Assembly: GCA_051294375.1 (NCBI GenBank)
Contig: CM119264.1
Coordinates: forward strand, 25,978,450 to 26,042,449
Direction: 5' to 3'
DNA length: 64,000 nucleotides
Source: Paraspadella gotoi
Taxonomy: Eukaryota; Animalia; Chaetognatha
Every line of letters starts with the position of its first letter. Within the stretch, counting starts at the first letter, position 1. Positions 12,525-26,595 of this stretch are shown here, in pieces. A program made the translations under genes and the position numbers. The notes beneath the pieces are model-generated. The model was not told where the DNA came from. It saw only the letters and a program-made list of their open reading frames with translations, and ran no database searches.

Positions 12525-14487
12525 GTTTGGTGGAGAGGAGGGAGGAAGGGAAATTAGAGGAGGAAAAGGAGATAAAGGAAATAGAAGAGAGGAAACGAAA
12601 TGAGAAGAGAAGAAGCTTAGAAAATAAGAAAATGGGAAGAGGATATTAAATAAAAAGGAAAGAATAAGGATAGGGGAAAGGAAAAAAGTAAATAACAGAA
12701 ATAGAGCAAAAGGAGATGAGAGAAGTGGAATAGAACTAAAATCACATAGGAAAAGGAAAGAAGTAAAGAGAAAAGAAAAGAAAGAAAATAGGAAAAAGAA
12801 ATGAAAAGATTAAGGAAAGAAAATGTAATGGAAGAAAAGAGACATTAAAGAATATATGAAGGAACTGAAAGAATTATGATAAAAAATGAGGGAAGGAAAC
12901 ATAAATGAAATAAAGAAACAAATGAGTAAAGAGAGGAAAAGATAAGCGGAAGGAAATTGAAGAAAATGAAATTGAGAGAGTAAAAAGAAAGTTAAATGAA
13001 GAAAAGGAACGGAAGTCAACGGACGAATTTGCTGTCAACGAAAAAAAAATCGAGATCTGAACAATAATTTAACGGTTTCAAATTTTTAATCTCATACAAT
13101 TTTTTTAGCCCCAATTCTCTGCACGTCGAGGTCTCTTATGCAAACTGCAATGTGTGATATTTTTTGGTAGTCGTAGTTCGACGACGACATCCTGTAGTAC
13201 TAATGACGATCTCACGGTTCTCATACCTTTTTTTCGGTCAGTACAGGGTCACTTCGCTTTAACGCTTTTTAGAATTTTTAGCTTTTTACTATATTTTGCG
13301 TTTTTCACATTTGAATAAAAAAAAAAGAAACTAAATATTGACGCGGAATTGTTTTTTTTTTTTTTTTACCCTCCGCCAACAACGAGAAATAAATCGCGGG
13401 TTAATCAACTCGTGATGACTTTTACTCTCAAGCCCCGACCACCCCTCCCCCAAACCCCCGCCCTTCGAGGAAATACCGTTTTCTCTCTTTTTTTTTGCAT
13501 GAATTCGCGTGACGCGTGGTACATTTTCTCGCTTTTACTTTTTTTTTACATTTTATTTTGTTCGAATCCAGATTTTTCCTTTTTGTTTATGTCGAAGCGA
13601 AAGAAGAATTATCGGCGCTAAAAGTCTCTCCGGACAAAACAGGAGAAAAAAAAACCCCAGAGAAACATAAATAATTAAATATAAATAAGTTTCGGACTGA
13701 TTTTTTTTTTCATGACTTCGTCTCACGAAAGAGTCGTGATTTTTCGTCATCGACATCGTCGTCGTCTTCGTCATCCTCTTTTCCACATTGGCTCCGATAT
13801 TCTCGTCAAAACTTGGAAATTTAAAAAAAAAAGCCTCTTAATTTATTATACGATTTTTGAATTGTAAAAAAAAAAAGAAAAAAAAATACGATTCTTTTAT
13901 ATATTTTTTTTTATTTGGTTCTCGATCTCGTGACAAAAAGGGAAGAGGATCACGAAATTAACAACTTCGACCGAGGGGAAAAAAAATTAAATGTAAATTT
14001 GGATAATTTTTTCCTCATTTAAAATCATAAACAAGCACCTACTTTTCGCTAAAGTTTACATTTTCTCCCCTTTTTTGTGGTCATTAAAGTCAGGAACGGT
14101 TTTTCTCTAACAACTTTAGCCTTTTTTCTGATTTTTTTTCCCCTTTTTTTTTTTTGTTTTGTTTCGTTTTATCTTCCCGATATTTTTCCCCGCGAATTCT
14201 CGTTTCCTCTTCGGTCGGCGAGGTGAGGGCGGGACCATTTTCCATGAGCCCGATTTACGTGAGATCTCTCTCTTTCTCCCTCATTTTCTCTTTATCTATC
14301 TATTTACTTATTTATTTATCTATTTATTTATTTATTTATTTATTATTCGTTTATTTATTTATTTTTCTTTCTGTCTTTTTTATATATATCTCTTTTCTCT
14401 TTCTCTCTTTTGTCTTTTTTCTTTGTCTTTCTTTCTGTCTTTCTTTCGCCCTCTCTATCTCCCACTTTCTTGTAACCCATTTTACAT

Positions 14488-14580
<93 letters not shown>

Positions 14581-15107
14581 GAGATGCACATCCATGCGTT
14601 CTTGAAGGCGAAGGATTCTCGCGCGGATCGAGGGATCGAACGCAACGTGTCGTGCGTCGTCGTCGTCATCGTCGTCTTTTTCTGTCGACTCCCGCGAGGA
14701 CTAAAAACGGACGCAAAAACGAAATAAAATAAAAACAAACCAAAAAAAAAAAAAAAAATTTTTTTTTTCTTCGAAATTTCTTCAATTTAACGAAATGTGA
14801 AAGGATGAACTAAATCATCCCGACTTTTCCCTCCCCCGTCGTAACTCAGGGGGTAAGGTTGGGTCGTCATGTCTCTTTTGGCCCCAACCCTGCGCTCTGC
14901 ACCTTAACCGAAAATTTTAGGATTTTTCGTCAACGGATATTTATTCGCAAAGAGATTAATTGACATATTTTACGTTTGTATTCATAATATTGCAAAAAAA
15001 AACAAACAAAAAAAACAACCAAAAACAAACAAATAAATAAGTAAAAATAAAAGGATAAAATCCCGATTCCCTCTATCGTCCGAAAAAGATAACAAGTAAA
15101 ACTCAAA

Positions 15108-15872
15108 ATGCGATTCAGAAACGAATTCTACCTGATGTCGGTCTACGCGCCGTCCAACGCGTCGGCCGTCTCCCCTTCCACCCTGACCACCCCGAACGCC
15201 TCGCCGACCACCCCCAGGAAACCCAGAAGGCTCACGAGAAGTAATTCCGACTCGGGGTATTCCTCCTCCGGGGGCCAAAAAAGGTCCGAGTTCGGGTGTG
15301 CCGCCCGGGTCGAGGCTGCGATGGCGGCGGCCGAATGCAGCGCCACACTTGGGCGGGACTTTGGCGGAAAGGTTCGAGTTTTGGAAAAGTTCATAAAAAA
15401 AAAAAATATATATATATATACGTATAATTTACTTGGTTTTACTTTCATTTTCGTACATCATGAATCAACATGGTTAATGACAATGAATAAATCGTGAAAT
15501 TTCATGCGATGTCAGTTTAATTTTAGTTTTTTGGGGCAAAATTCATATTATCTTAATATGATAATATGATATTCTTCCATCCTTCATTTTCTTTTTCTTT
15601 AATATCTTAATATCTTAATATGATGATATTGTATTCTTCCATCCTTCCATCTCGATTTTATCTCAACTATTCCGCCACGCCCTCAATTAAAACCCCGACG
15701 TCACTCTCACGACACCAACGCCCGCTTACCTCCCCGCGCCCAGTCTCGCAAATCGTCATCTACCTCTTCGTCTCGCTCTCTCGCGTCCACTTCCTCCAAG
15801 ACAAAAGGGAAACTGTACTGCGCGCGGACGGCGTCGGGCACGGCCTTCGGCCCCAAATTCGCTCATCCTCAC
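15108..15872 (+). CDS. Two novel coding exons (15108-15371, 15801-15872; duplicate 23372-23630, 24043-24112), candidate alternative N-terminus of vinculin
   Basis: GC-rich ORF ...TPRKPRRLTRSNSDSGYSS...FGGK|TKGKLYCARTASGTAFGPKFAHPH| with phase-0 GT-AG junctions, in phase with the vinculin GHTPEA exon. Confidence 0.5.
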
Positions 15873-17542
15873 GTGAGAGAGAAAGGCTCTGGCATGCGGC
15901 CGCAGCCAACACCTCCACCGACTCTGACATATCGATCAAGATTGTTTCTAATTTCGGCAAATCTGACTCGGCCCTGGCAAACCGGGTGAGGTTGTGCCTC
16001 TCCTGGTCTGTGTGGCCACATTGACGTACGTCCAGATCCAGTTCCTGACATAAGATTCCATCGTCTTTGGTTTGAATGTCTTAAATAGTTTTTTAAACTT
16101 ATTTTTTTAATTTAGCTGAAAATTTCCTGTCAATCGGCAAAATAAACAATGTAAAAATTTTTGAAACGGTAACTTTTGAATGGCCAGCAATGATCACAAA
16201 GCATTAACATTGTTTTTGAGTTCAATTAATTAAATTCTCTTCCTGCTCGCTCGCACTCTTTGGACTTGTTCCGAAATTCTTTTTCTTTTTTGGAACTCTT
16301 AATACTTAGTCTTATTCTACGCCTTGGCCGTAAAAATTCACCTTAACTTGATGAGCCGTGCCGTCGAATAACGAATCTTGATTTACGCGATGTGGTGATG
16401 AGATGAAAGTGGTAATAGACTTTAGTTACTAAGTTAGTAGACTTCATCCGGGAGTCTCCTTTGTTTCTCTTTCCGTCAGGCTTAGAGCGCCCTGGCAGTC
16501 GCGTATAACGGTACTGAGGTTTTCTAACTCCCTGACAACTGATAAACAAATATGATCAGTGTTTACTAGATGACGCCAAGTCCTCGCCCTCGTACGACCT
16601 CTCTTTTTACACTCTCTCTCTTTCTCTCCCTCTCTCTCTCCTCTCTACTCTCTTCTCTCTCTATTCTCTCTCAAGTGGTTTTCGATCATGTTTTCACTCC
16701 CGATCGATCTTCTTTCCGTCGGAGTTCAGAAAAAGTATTTCTTCTTCCTTTCACTCGAAGTTTGAGCTGCGAAGTCTCTTCATCTTATCCCTGCTCCACC
16801 AGCGCCACGCCGCGTGTATGCTAGTGCGCTCGCCACATTCGATACACAAGCGAACGTGCTGCACTTCTGGCTTCTTCACCTGTCACTTTTGTTTTATTTC
16901 TTTTTCTTTTTCTTTTTCGACGTTTCTTTAATATAAATCGCAATGCCTTCGATCCGATGCTAAATAATTTTTTCAGATGAACAGTTTTTTTTTTTCTCAG
17001 TTCTCATGCAAAAAGTAATGTTTATTCTTAGATTCAAAGCTCAGCAACTTTAGGTTCGCTTCTGCATAACAGCCTCGAACCATGTGCAATAGATGACCTT
17101 CGAGTTCATTGCCGTCCGAAAATGCAAATCGGAAGTCGTATCTTTTGCTTGCACGAAATATATAAGCAAATATCGGGGTTAGCGAACCGGTGATTGTCGT
17201 GTTGGATGTTATTATTGAAATTAATCGTATTATTAATTTAGATTTAACACTTGTGCTTTATTTTGTTAAATAATCGTGCAGCTAAGTTACAAGAAACATA
17301 TACCAATGAACATGATGATAGAATGTTAGAATCCTGTACATAAAAAAATATAAACAGTGTTAAACACCCCTTTCAAATGGTAAAGATCTGCAGAATTAAA
17401 ACATTCGTTTCTGAAAATGATGTCGCAAATCGTCCGGAAGAGGCGCTGTTTCCATCAAAGATTTCCCCCTTTCTACGTATCTGCTTCGAGGCTCATTAAT
17501 TTTTCATTTTGGTTTCTAATATTTCTCTCTCTCCTCTCTTCT

Positions 17543-17607
<65 letters not shown>

Positions 17608-19435
17608 TTAGTTTTTTCTCCGCGCGATAGATTTACGTAGATTTACCCCTTCTTCATTTTTTTTTTTCCGCAAAGGCGCGATGTTGAATCGATGGAGAAG
17701 CGCGTGTACTTCTTGTGATTGAAAAAATAGGAACACATGAAATCCTCCCTTCTTTTCATCTGTTTTTCAGTTTCTGTGATCACTAAAAAAAAAGAAGAGG
17801 AGGAAAAAGAGAGGGGGGGGAAGTTGCAAGATGTTTCGGTGAACGCGCAACCATTTTTTTTTTTCTTCATTCGGCGTTTTTTATCTTCTTCCAAATGCTT
17901 TTCAACGCGGCTTATTTTCACACCTAGAGCGTTGTTTTGTATCCGAGATATAACTCCTGTAAAAACGCGATTGAGCTTTTGACCAATTTTCTATGAATTC
18001 TTTTTTTTTAAATGGATCGCCGCGATGTGTACGTATATAATCGGGATGTTTTTTTCTTTCTTTTTTTTTCCTTTTTTTCTTTTCATAATAACCCAGTTTT
18101 TTTTCCACGATTCCGTCTTCGCCACGAGCGTGAAACATAATCCAAAACAAACCACGAAATTAGAGATATTAATTTCCGCGCGAAAGAACGGGTACACAGC
18201 CGAGCCGTAAGGTGGCCTGCGAGGAATTAACCAGAAAATTAAAAAAAAAAGATTTTTTTTTTCCTTTTTTTCGTCGAAATCCCATGAATGTTGAATCACA
18301 CGATGATTCGTTGGTTTCTGAAAAATATTTTTTGCTGTGAAATCTTGAAATGTGAAAATTCCCTCTCCCATTCCATTTGGCCGACTCTCGATTTTCGAAC
18401 TCAGTTTCGCTCGGGTAAGAGATGCCTTACTCTTTTTGAAACCGATATTTTAAATATATATTATATATAACCCTTAGTTTTTTTTCTTCTTTTTCACGAC
18501 ATTGTTAAAGTTTTTATTCATGACGTGACCTTATATCTGCGTTATTTTTATAATCAATAGATTGCTTTTTTATTTTTTTCCTTATGAAATTACTTTTTCT
18601 TTTTTTTTTCTTAAGATAAAATCGTTATTTTGTTAGGGTAAAATCGTTTAATAAACCAAGTCTCATATTCTTAAGGTTTATTACTTTTTAAATCTACTAA
18701 TCTCCATATTACGATATGTAACTACTAACTATATTCATGGTAGAAACGAAGACTTTTCTTGATTTTACGAAAATATCTATTTCTTCATCTGAAAAACTTT
18801 TAAAGAATATTGAGATGTAAAAACTTTATTTTCTGAGATAACATTTTTGAAATTTTTCTCTCCCTGTACAACTGTTTGCCATGGCTACTTTGGCTCGGAT
18901 ATTATGAATAATTTTTACAAGCTCCTCCAATTTCCAAAGGAGTGGTTTTCATAGAAAAAAAAATGTAAAAAGATAAAAATGAGTTAAAGTAAAGTAAAAA
19001 AAGAGAGAAAAAGTAGAAAAGATGAAAATTCGAAGAGAGTTTTGGTTCAGATTGATATCCTTTGATTACAATCGCAAAGGAGCCTCTCTCACTTGTTCGA
19101 AGCCTCGAAAATGTTTTTCAGTGATTCACTGAAAAAAACGTGGATGGAGCCAGTTGTGCCGAAATCTTTTTTCCCTCCTTCGCCTCAATCTCATTTTATT
19201 TCCACCATGAATATAGACGCTATGATTTTTTTTTAACCTTCTGTGTTTGAAACTAACAATCGTCAAAGTTTTGTATGAATCATTGTATCATACGACAAGT
19301 AAAATACCTTTTTACCGTTAATAGCCTCCACTGCCCGCTATCTTTGCCGCCACTGCCCGACATCTCAGCTCCACGTGCCCGCCATTCTAGCCGCCACGTA
19401 CCGACCATCTTCGACGCTCCTCTTCACTCGGCGCC

Positions 19436-20823
19436 ATGCCTCTTCCGGCGGAAGAAATGGAGCGTTTGTTGCGGGAAATGCCGAAGGTGAGCTCCACGTG
19501 CACCTGGACGGCGCCATGCGTCCATCCACGCTCTGGTCAATCGCTCGCGCCAAGAGGATGCCGAAGACGCACCCGGACGAGGCGGCGTTCCGCTCGGCAT
19601 GCATCTGTCGTGAGGGTGCAACTTTGCCGGAGTTTTTGGAGAAGTTCGCTCTCATGGTCGGACAGATTCGCATTTGATGGATAGTTTTTATATTCTATAT
19701 TTGATAATAGTAGTACTTAGTTTTATTATATTTATTTTATTCAAAGATTAAATGATTGTCAAAGTTTTTTCAACAATGAAACATTAATTATCTAAATCCT
19801 TATTGGATCTTATTAAAAAGTTATAGAAATTTAAGTAATAATATAAATGTATAAAATTTTTATTAACCTTATTAAACCTAATATATTATTTATGTTTTAT
19901 TTTCTCGATTTAAGTTATTGATTATTTAAAAAAATCCAAAATTCTCGCCTCCAATGCGAACCCCGTCCACGGTCCAGGTCCCGATCGTCGCCGGTGACGC
20001 CGAAGCTGTCCGTCGCATCGCCTACGAATTCTGCCAGGACAAAGCGTCAGAGGGCGTGGTCTACGCGGAGGCGCGTTACGCCCCGCAACTCCTGACGGGT
20101 CCGGGCGTGACGGCGGGCGATATTGTCGAGGCCGTGGCCAGCGGCTTCGACGCCGGGCGCCGCGATTTCGCGTCGACGTCCGCAGCATCCTCTGCTGCAT
20201 GCGCCGCATGGCCAGTGGCTCAGCTGAGGTCGTCGATCTCTGCATCGAATACCGCGATCAGGCGTCGTCGGAGTAGATCTCGCGGCGACGAATCCGTCAC
20301 CGATCCCGAACACCCCGAAGACCCTGCTCACGTGGAGGCCTTTCGAAAGGCCCGTCAGCACGGCATTCATCGCACCGTCCACGCCGCAGAGTCGGGCCCA
20401 GCATGGAACGCCTGGCAAGCCGTGGAGGTGATGGGCGCCGAGAGGATCGGCCACGGCTACCACGTGCGCGACGATCCGGAGATTTATCGTCTCGTCCGCG
20501 ACCGAGGCGTCCACATCGAGGTGTGTCCCACTTCCTCGCTGGAGACCGGGTCGGTGGCGCTGGGCGCCGGCGGATGGCCCTCTCATCCGGCGACCGTCTT
20601 CGCCAAGGACGGCGCCAACTTCGGCGTCAATACGGACGATCCACCGTCTGCGGCGTTGGCCTCGTCGACGAGTTTCGCGTCGTCGCCGTCAAGATGGGCG
20701 CCGGTTGGAAACGCTCGTCGCCGGCGTCAGGAACGCCGCCGGGGCGACCTTTTTGGGGGAAGAGGAGAAAGAAAAAGTTGTGGAGAAGATCGAGGGGAAG
20801 TTGAAGAGTTGGGGTTGGCTTGA
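19436..20823 (+). CDS. ADA: Second assembly copy of ADA (exons 19436-19656, 19978-20823) with several frameshifting indels
   Basis: Nearly identical to 11122-12524 including intron and flanks. It has the conserved RIGHGY where copy 1 reads RIGHCY. Indels look like read errors. Confidence 0.8.
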
Positions 20824-22773
20824 GTTTGGTGGAGAGGAGGGAGGAAAGGAAATTAGAGGAGGAAAGGAGATAAAGGAAATAAGAAGAAGAAACGAAATGC
20901 GAAGAGAAGAAGCTTAGGAAATAAGAAAATGGAAGAGGATATTAAAAAAGGAAAGAATAAGGAAAGGGGAAGGGAAAAAAAAGAAATAACAGAAAGGGAG
21001 CAAAAGGAGATGAGAGAAGTGGAATAGAACTAAAATCACATAGGAAAAGGAAAGAAGTAAAGAGAAAAGAAAAGAAAGAAAATTGGGAAAAAGAAATGAA
21101 AGATTAAGGAAAGAAATGTAATGGAAGAAAAGAGACATTAAAGAATATATGAAGGAACTGAAAGAATTATGATAAAAAATGAGGGAAGGAACATAAATGA
21201 AATAAAGAAACAAATGAGTAAAGAGAGGAAAGATAAGCGGAAGGAAATTGAAGAAAATGAAATTGAGAGAGTAAAAAGAAAGTAAATGAAGAAAAGGAAC
21301 AGAAGTCACGGACGAATTTGCTGTCAACGAAAAAAAAAAATCGAGATCTGAACAATAATTAACGGTTTCAAATTTTTAATCTCATACAATTTTTTTAGCC
21401 CCAATTCTCTGCAGTCGAGGTCTCTTATGCAAACTGCAATGTGTGATATTTTTTGGTAGTCGTAGTTCGCGACGACATCTGTAGTACTAATGACGATCTC
21501 ACGGTTCTCATACCTTTTTTTCGGTCAGTACAGGGTCACTTCGCTTTAACGCTTTTTAGAATTTTTAGCTTTTTACTATATTTTGCGTTTTTCACATTTG
21601 ATAAAAAAAAAAAAGAAACTAAATATTGACGCGGAATTGTTTTTTTTTTTTTTTTTTTTACCTCCGCCAACAACGAGAAATAAATCGCGGGTTAATCAAC
21701 TCGTGATGACTTTTACTCTCAAGCCCCGACCACCCCTCCCCCAAACCCCCGCCCTTCGAGGAAATACGTTTTCTCTCTTTTTTTTGCATGAATTCGCGTG
21801 ACGCGTGGTACATTTTCTCGCTTTTACTTTTTTTTTTACATTTATTTTGTCGAATCCAGATTTTTCCTTTTTGTTTATGTCGAAGCGAAAGAAGAATTAT
21901 CGGCGCTTAAAAGTCTCTCCGGACAAAACAGGAGAAAAAAAACCCCAGAGAAACATAAATAATTTAAATATAAATAAGTTTCGGACTGATTTTTTTTTTC
22001 ATGACTTCGTCTCACGAAAAGTCGTGATTTTTCGTCATCGACATCGTCGTCGTCTTCGTCATCCTCTTTTCCACATTGGCTCCGATATTCTCGTCAAAAC
22101 TTGGAAATTTAAAAAAAAAAGCCTCTTAATTTATTATACGATTTTTGAATTGTAAAAAAAAAAAAGAAAAAAAATACGATTTCTTTTTATATATTTTTTT
22201 TTATTTGGTTCTCGATCTCGTGACAAAAAGGGAAGAGGATCACGAAATTAACAACTTCGACGAGGGGAAAAAAAATTAAATGTAAATTTGAGATAATTTT
22301 TTCCTCATTTAAAATCATAAACAAGCACCTACTTTTCGCTAAAGTTTACATTTTCTCCCCTTTTTTTGTGGTCATTAAAGTCAGGAACGGTTTTTCTCTA
22401 ACAACTTTAGCCTTTTTTCTGATTTTTTCCCTTTTTTTTTGTTTTGTTTCGTTTTATCTTCCCGATATTTTTCCCCGCGAATTCTCGTTTCCTCTTCGGT
22501 CGGCTAGGTGAGGGCGGGACCATTTTCCATGAGCCCGATTTACGTGAGATTTCTTTCTATCTCCTCATTTTCTCTGTATCTATCTATTTACTTATTTATT
22601 TATCTTTTATTTATTTATTTATTTTATTAGTCGTTTATTTATTTTATTTTTCTTCTGTCTTTTTTATATATATCTCTTTTCTCTTTCTCTCTTTTTTTCT
22701 TTTTTCTTTGTCTTTCTTTCTGTCTTTCTTTCGCCCTCTCTATCTTCCCACTTTCTTGTAACCCATTTTACAT

Positions 22774-22845
<72 letters not shown>

Positions 22846-24812
22846 GAGATGCACATCATGCGTTCCTTGAAGGCGAAGGATTCTCGCGGATCGAGGGATC
22901 GGAACGCAACGTCGTCGTCGTCGTCGTCATCGTCGTCTTTTCTGTCGACTCCCGTCCGAGGACTAAAAACGCGACGCAAAACGAAATAAAATAAAAACAA
23001 ACCAAAAAAAAAAAAAAAAAAAATTTTTTTTTTCTTCCGAATTTCTTCAATTTAACGAAATGTGAAAGGATGAACTAAATCATCCCGACTTTTCCTCTCC
23101 CCGTCGTAACTCAGGGGGTAAGGTTGGTCGTCATGTCTCTTTTGGCCCCAACCCTGCGCTCTGCACCTTAACCGAAAATTTTAGGATTTTTCGTCAACGG
23201 ATATTTATTCGCAAAGAGATTAATTGACATATTTTACGTTTGTATTCATAATATTGCAAAAAAAACAAACAAAAAAAAACAACCAAAAACAAACAAATAA
23301 ATAAGTAAAAATAAAAGGATAAAATCCCGATTCCCTCTATCGTCCGAAAAAGATAACAAGTAAAACTCAAAATGCGATTCAGAAACGAATTCTACCTGAT
23401 GTGGTCTACGCGCCGTCCAACGCGTCGGCCGTCTCCCCTTCCACCCTGACCACCCCGAACGCCTCGCCGACCACCCCCAGGAAACCAGAAGGCTCACGAG
23501 AAGTAATTCCGACTCGGGTATTCCTCCTCCGGGGGCCAAAAAAGGTCCGAGTTCGGGTGTGCCGCCCGGGTCGAGGCTGCGATGGCGGCGGCGAATGCAG
23601 CGCCACACTTGGCGGGACTTTGGCGGAAAGGTTCGAGTTTTGGAAAAGTTCATAAAAAAAAATATATATACGTATAATTTACTTGTTTTACTTTATTTTC
23701 GTACATCATGAATCAACATGGTTAATGACAATGAATAAATCGTGAAATTTCATGCGATGTCAGTTTAATTTTAGTTTTTTGGGGCAAAATTATATTATCT
23801 TAATATGATAATATGATATTCTTCCATCCCTTCATTTCTCTTCTTAATATCTTAATATCTTAATATGATGATATTGTATTCTTCCATCCTTCCATCTCGA
23901 TTTTATCTCAACTATTCCGCCACGCCCTCAATTAAACCCCGACGTCACTCTCACGACACCAACGCCCCCTTACCTCCGCGCCCAGTCTCGCAAATCGTCA
24001 TCTACCTCTTCGTCTCGCTCTCTCGCGTCCACTTCCTCCAAGACAAAAGGAAACTGTACTGCGCGCGGACGGCGTCGGGCACGCCTTCCGCCCCAAATTC
24101 GCTCATCCTCACGTGAGAGAGAAAGAATTGTTATTCTGTTTGTGAAATATAGAAATAACCAGATCAGTCATCAAATTAAGACAATTTGTAAGTTTTCAAA
24201 AAAAGTAAATATTTTAATGTTTGGTTGAGATATTTTTAGAAAAGTATTTCATATAAGTTTTTTAAAAAATATTTCACTTTTTTTTATAAATAAAACCACG
24301 AAAAAAAAATCACTACTCTTTTGTTTACGTGACAACTTTTTTTTTTCGTATCTCCTTCTTCGAAAACCTCAGACTTCCCTATCAATTATCAGACGAAAAT
24401 TTTAAATATTGTTTATGTCGAAACTAAAAAATAAATTTTACATCGACAAGAACGTTCACTTTTTGGGTAAAAATACCTTCTGACCCAAAAAATTCGCGCT
24501 GAAAAAAAAAAACCAACTTCCTTTGGTCGGAGTTACCAAGTCGGTTACCGTTCAATTTACGATGCGAAAAAAGTCACATTTTTTACCTCCTTTTTACCAA
24601 TTTTTTAGGTGATACATACTAGCCCATATACTACTTACTTAGTCTTACTTTAAATAAACTCTACCGATCGCAACAATTACGTAACAACAATACAAAAAAC
24701 AACAATAACGACATTTTCCTCTGCGGTCTTAATCCTCGAACGATTAATTGTCGATAATCAAGAATTCAACTTCTTTTTTTGTTTGTTTATCGTTAAAGAG
24801 TCGTTCATCTTT

Positions 24813-24848
<36 letters not shown>

Positions 24849-25339
24849 TCGTCGTCGTCGTCGTCACCCCCCCCCCTTAGCTAGCTCCGTCGCCTTTAAT
24901 CGACATTTACATTCACTTACAATTATTGTCGTTGTTTATCGATTCGGACCAAAGTGACTCTCGATCTTTAAGTCCGGACCTCTAACATCAAAGCTCCGAG
25001 TCGATTTCGCCGCACGGGCGGGTGACCCATTTTTATTTTCAAGGCTTCGATGGTTCAAAGAAAATACTCATTCGTCATTCGTCTCGGTGGAGATATTTCT
25101 CCATGGGATTTATTCAAGATTTAGAGCAGATTGAATTTATTGCGCGGGATTTATTACAACCGATCATTCTAGAGGCCAATACCGGTGACAGCTCTCGAGA
25201 AATAACATTGTTTTGCGATGAAAGGGTGGTCAATTTGTGGCTATTTGCCAGTTAAAGTCTTTTTTCCAATTTCGGGCTCATGCGTCATGGATATAATAAG
25301 GAAGACAAACAAAAGACGTCGAACTTAATCAATTCGCTG

Positions 25340-25364
25340 NNNNNNNNNNNNNNNNNNNNNNNNN
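25340..25364. other. Assembly gap (25 N) flanked by an overlap duplicate (~24130-25339 vs ~25370-26557)
   Basis: Run of 25 N; the same ~1.2 kb lies on both sides. Confidence 0.95.
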
Positions 25365-26034
25365 ACAGTGTCTTATTCTGGCTGCGAATTTAGAACATAA
25401 CCAGGCAGATCATCAAATTAAGACAATTGGTGAAGTTTTCAAAAAAAGTAAATATTTTAATGTTGGTTGAGATATTTTTAGAAAAGTATTTCATATAAGT
25501 TTTTTTATAAATAAATAACCACCGAAAAAAAAATCACTACTTCTTTGTTTACGTGACAACTTTTTTTTTTCGTATCTCCTTCTTCGAAAACCTCAGACTT
25601 CCCTATCTAATTATCAGACGAAAATTTTAAATATTGTTTATGTCGACACTAAAAAATAAATTTTACATCGACAAGAACGTTCACTTTTTGGGTAAAAATA
25701 CCTTCTGACCCAAAAAATTCGCGCTGAAAAAAACCCAACTTCCTTTGGTGCGAGTTACCAAGTCGGTTACCGGTTCAATTTACGATGCGAAAAAAAGTCA
25801 CATTTTTTACCTCCTTTTTACCATTTTTTAGGTGATACATACTAGCCCTATATACTACTTACTTAGTCTTACTTTAAATAAACTCTACCGATCGCAACAA
25901 TTACGTAACAACAAAACAAAAACAACAATAACGACATTTTCCTCTGCGGTCTTAATCCTCGAACGATTAATTGTCGATAATCAAGAATTCAACTTCTTTT
26001 TTTGTTTGTTTATCGTTAAAGAGTCGTTCATCTT

Positions 26035-26070
<36 letters not shown>

Positions 26071-26595
26071 TCGTCGTCGTGCGTCGTCACCCCCCCCTTA
26101 GCTAGCTCCGTCGCCTTTAATCGACATTTACATTCACTTACAATTATTGTCGTTGTTTATCGATTCGGACCAAAGTGACTCTCGATCTTTAAGTCCGGAC
26201 CTCTAACATCAAAGCTCCGAGTCGATTTCGCCGCACGGGCGGTGACCATTTTTATTTTCAAGGCTTCGATGGTTCAAAGAAAATACTCATTCGTCATTCG
26301 TCTCGTGGAGATATTTCTCCATGGGATTTATTCAAGATTTAGACGCAGATTGATATTTATTGCGCGGGATTTATTACAACCGATCATTCTAGAGGCCAAT
26401 ACCGGTGACAGCTCTCGAGAAATAACATTGTTTTGCGATGAAAAGGGTGGTCAATTTGTGGCTATTTGCCAGTTAAGTCTTTTTCCAATGTTCGGGCTCA
26501 TGCTCATGGATATAATAAGGAAGACAACAAAAGACGTCGAACTTAATCAATTCGCTGTTTTTATCCTTCAAACGCCCTACGACGATCATTTTCAG

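Larger units (their letters stand above)
7620..24125. repeat. ~8.3 kb tandem duplication (7620-15885 vs 15886-24125) containing the 5' LTR, ADA and two novel exons
   Basis: The junction at ~15885 jumps from ...CACGTGAGAGAGAAAG back into LTR-element interior (GCAGCCAACACCTCCACCGACTCTGAC); copies differ mainly by indels. Confidence 0.9.

Noticed and set aside
11771-12649. Overlapping alternative-frame and antisense ORFs over ADA
   Set aside because: Shadows of GC-rich coding sequence; only one frame carries ADA motifs.
19436-20823. ADA paralogue or pseudogene
   Set aside because: Introns and flanks are near-identical to copy 1 and the defects are random 1-nt indels, so an assembly duplicate or haplotype is more likely.
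26242-26595. 5' part of the 199-aa ORF as a vinculin exon
   Set aside because: AT-rich, no vinculin similarity, frame differs in the duplicate at ~25022, and it ends in a TTTTCAG acceptor.
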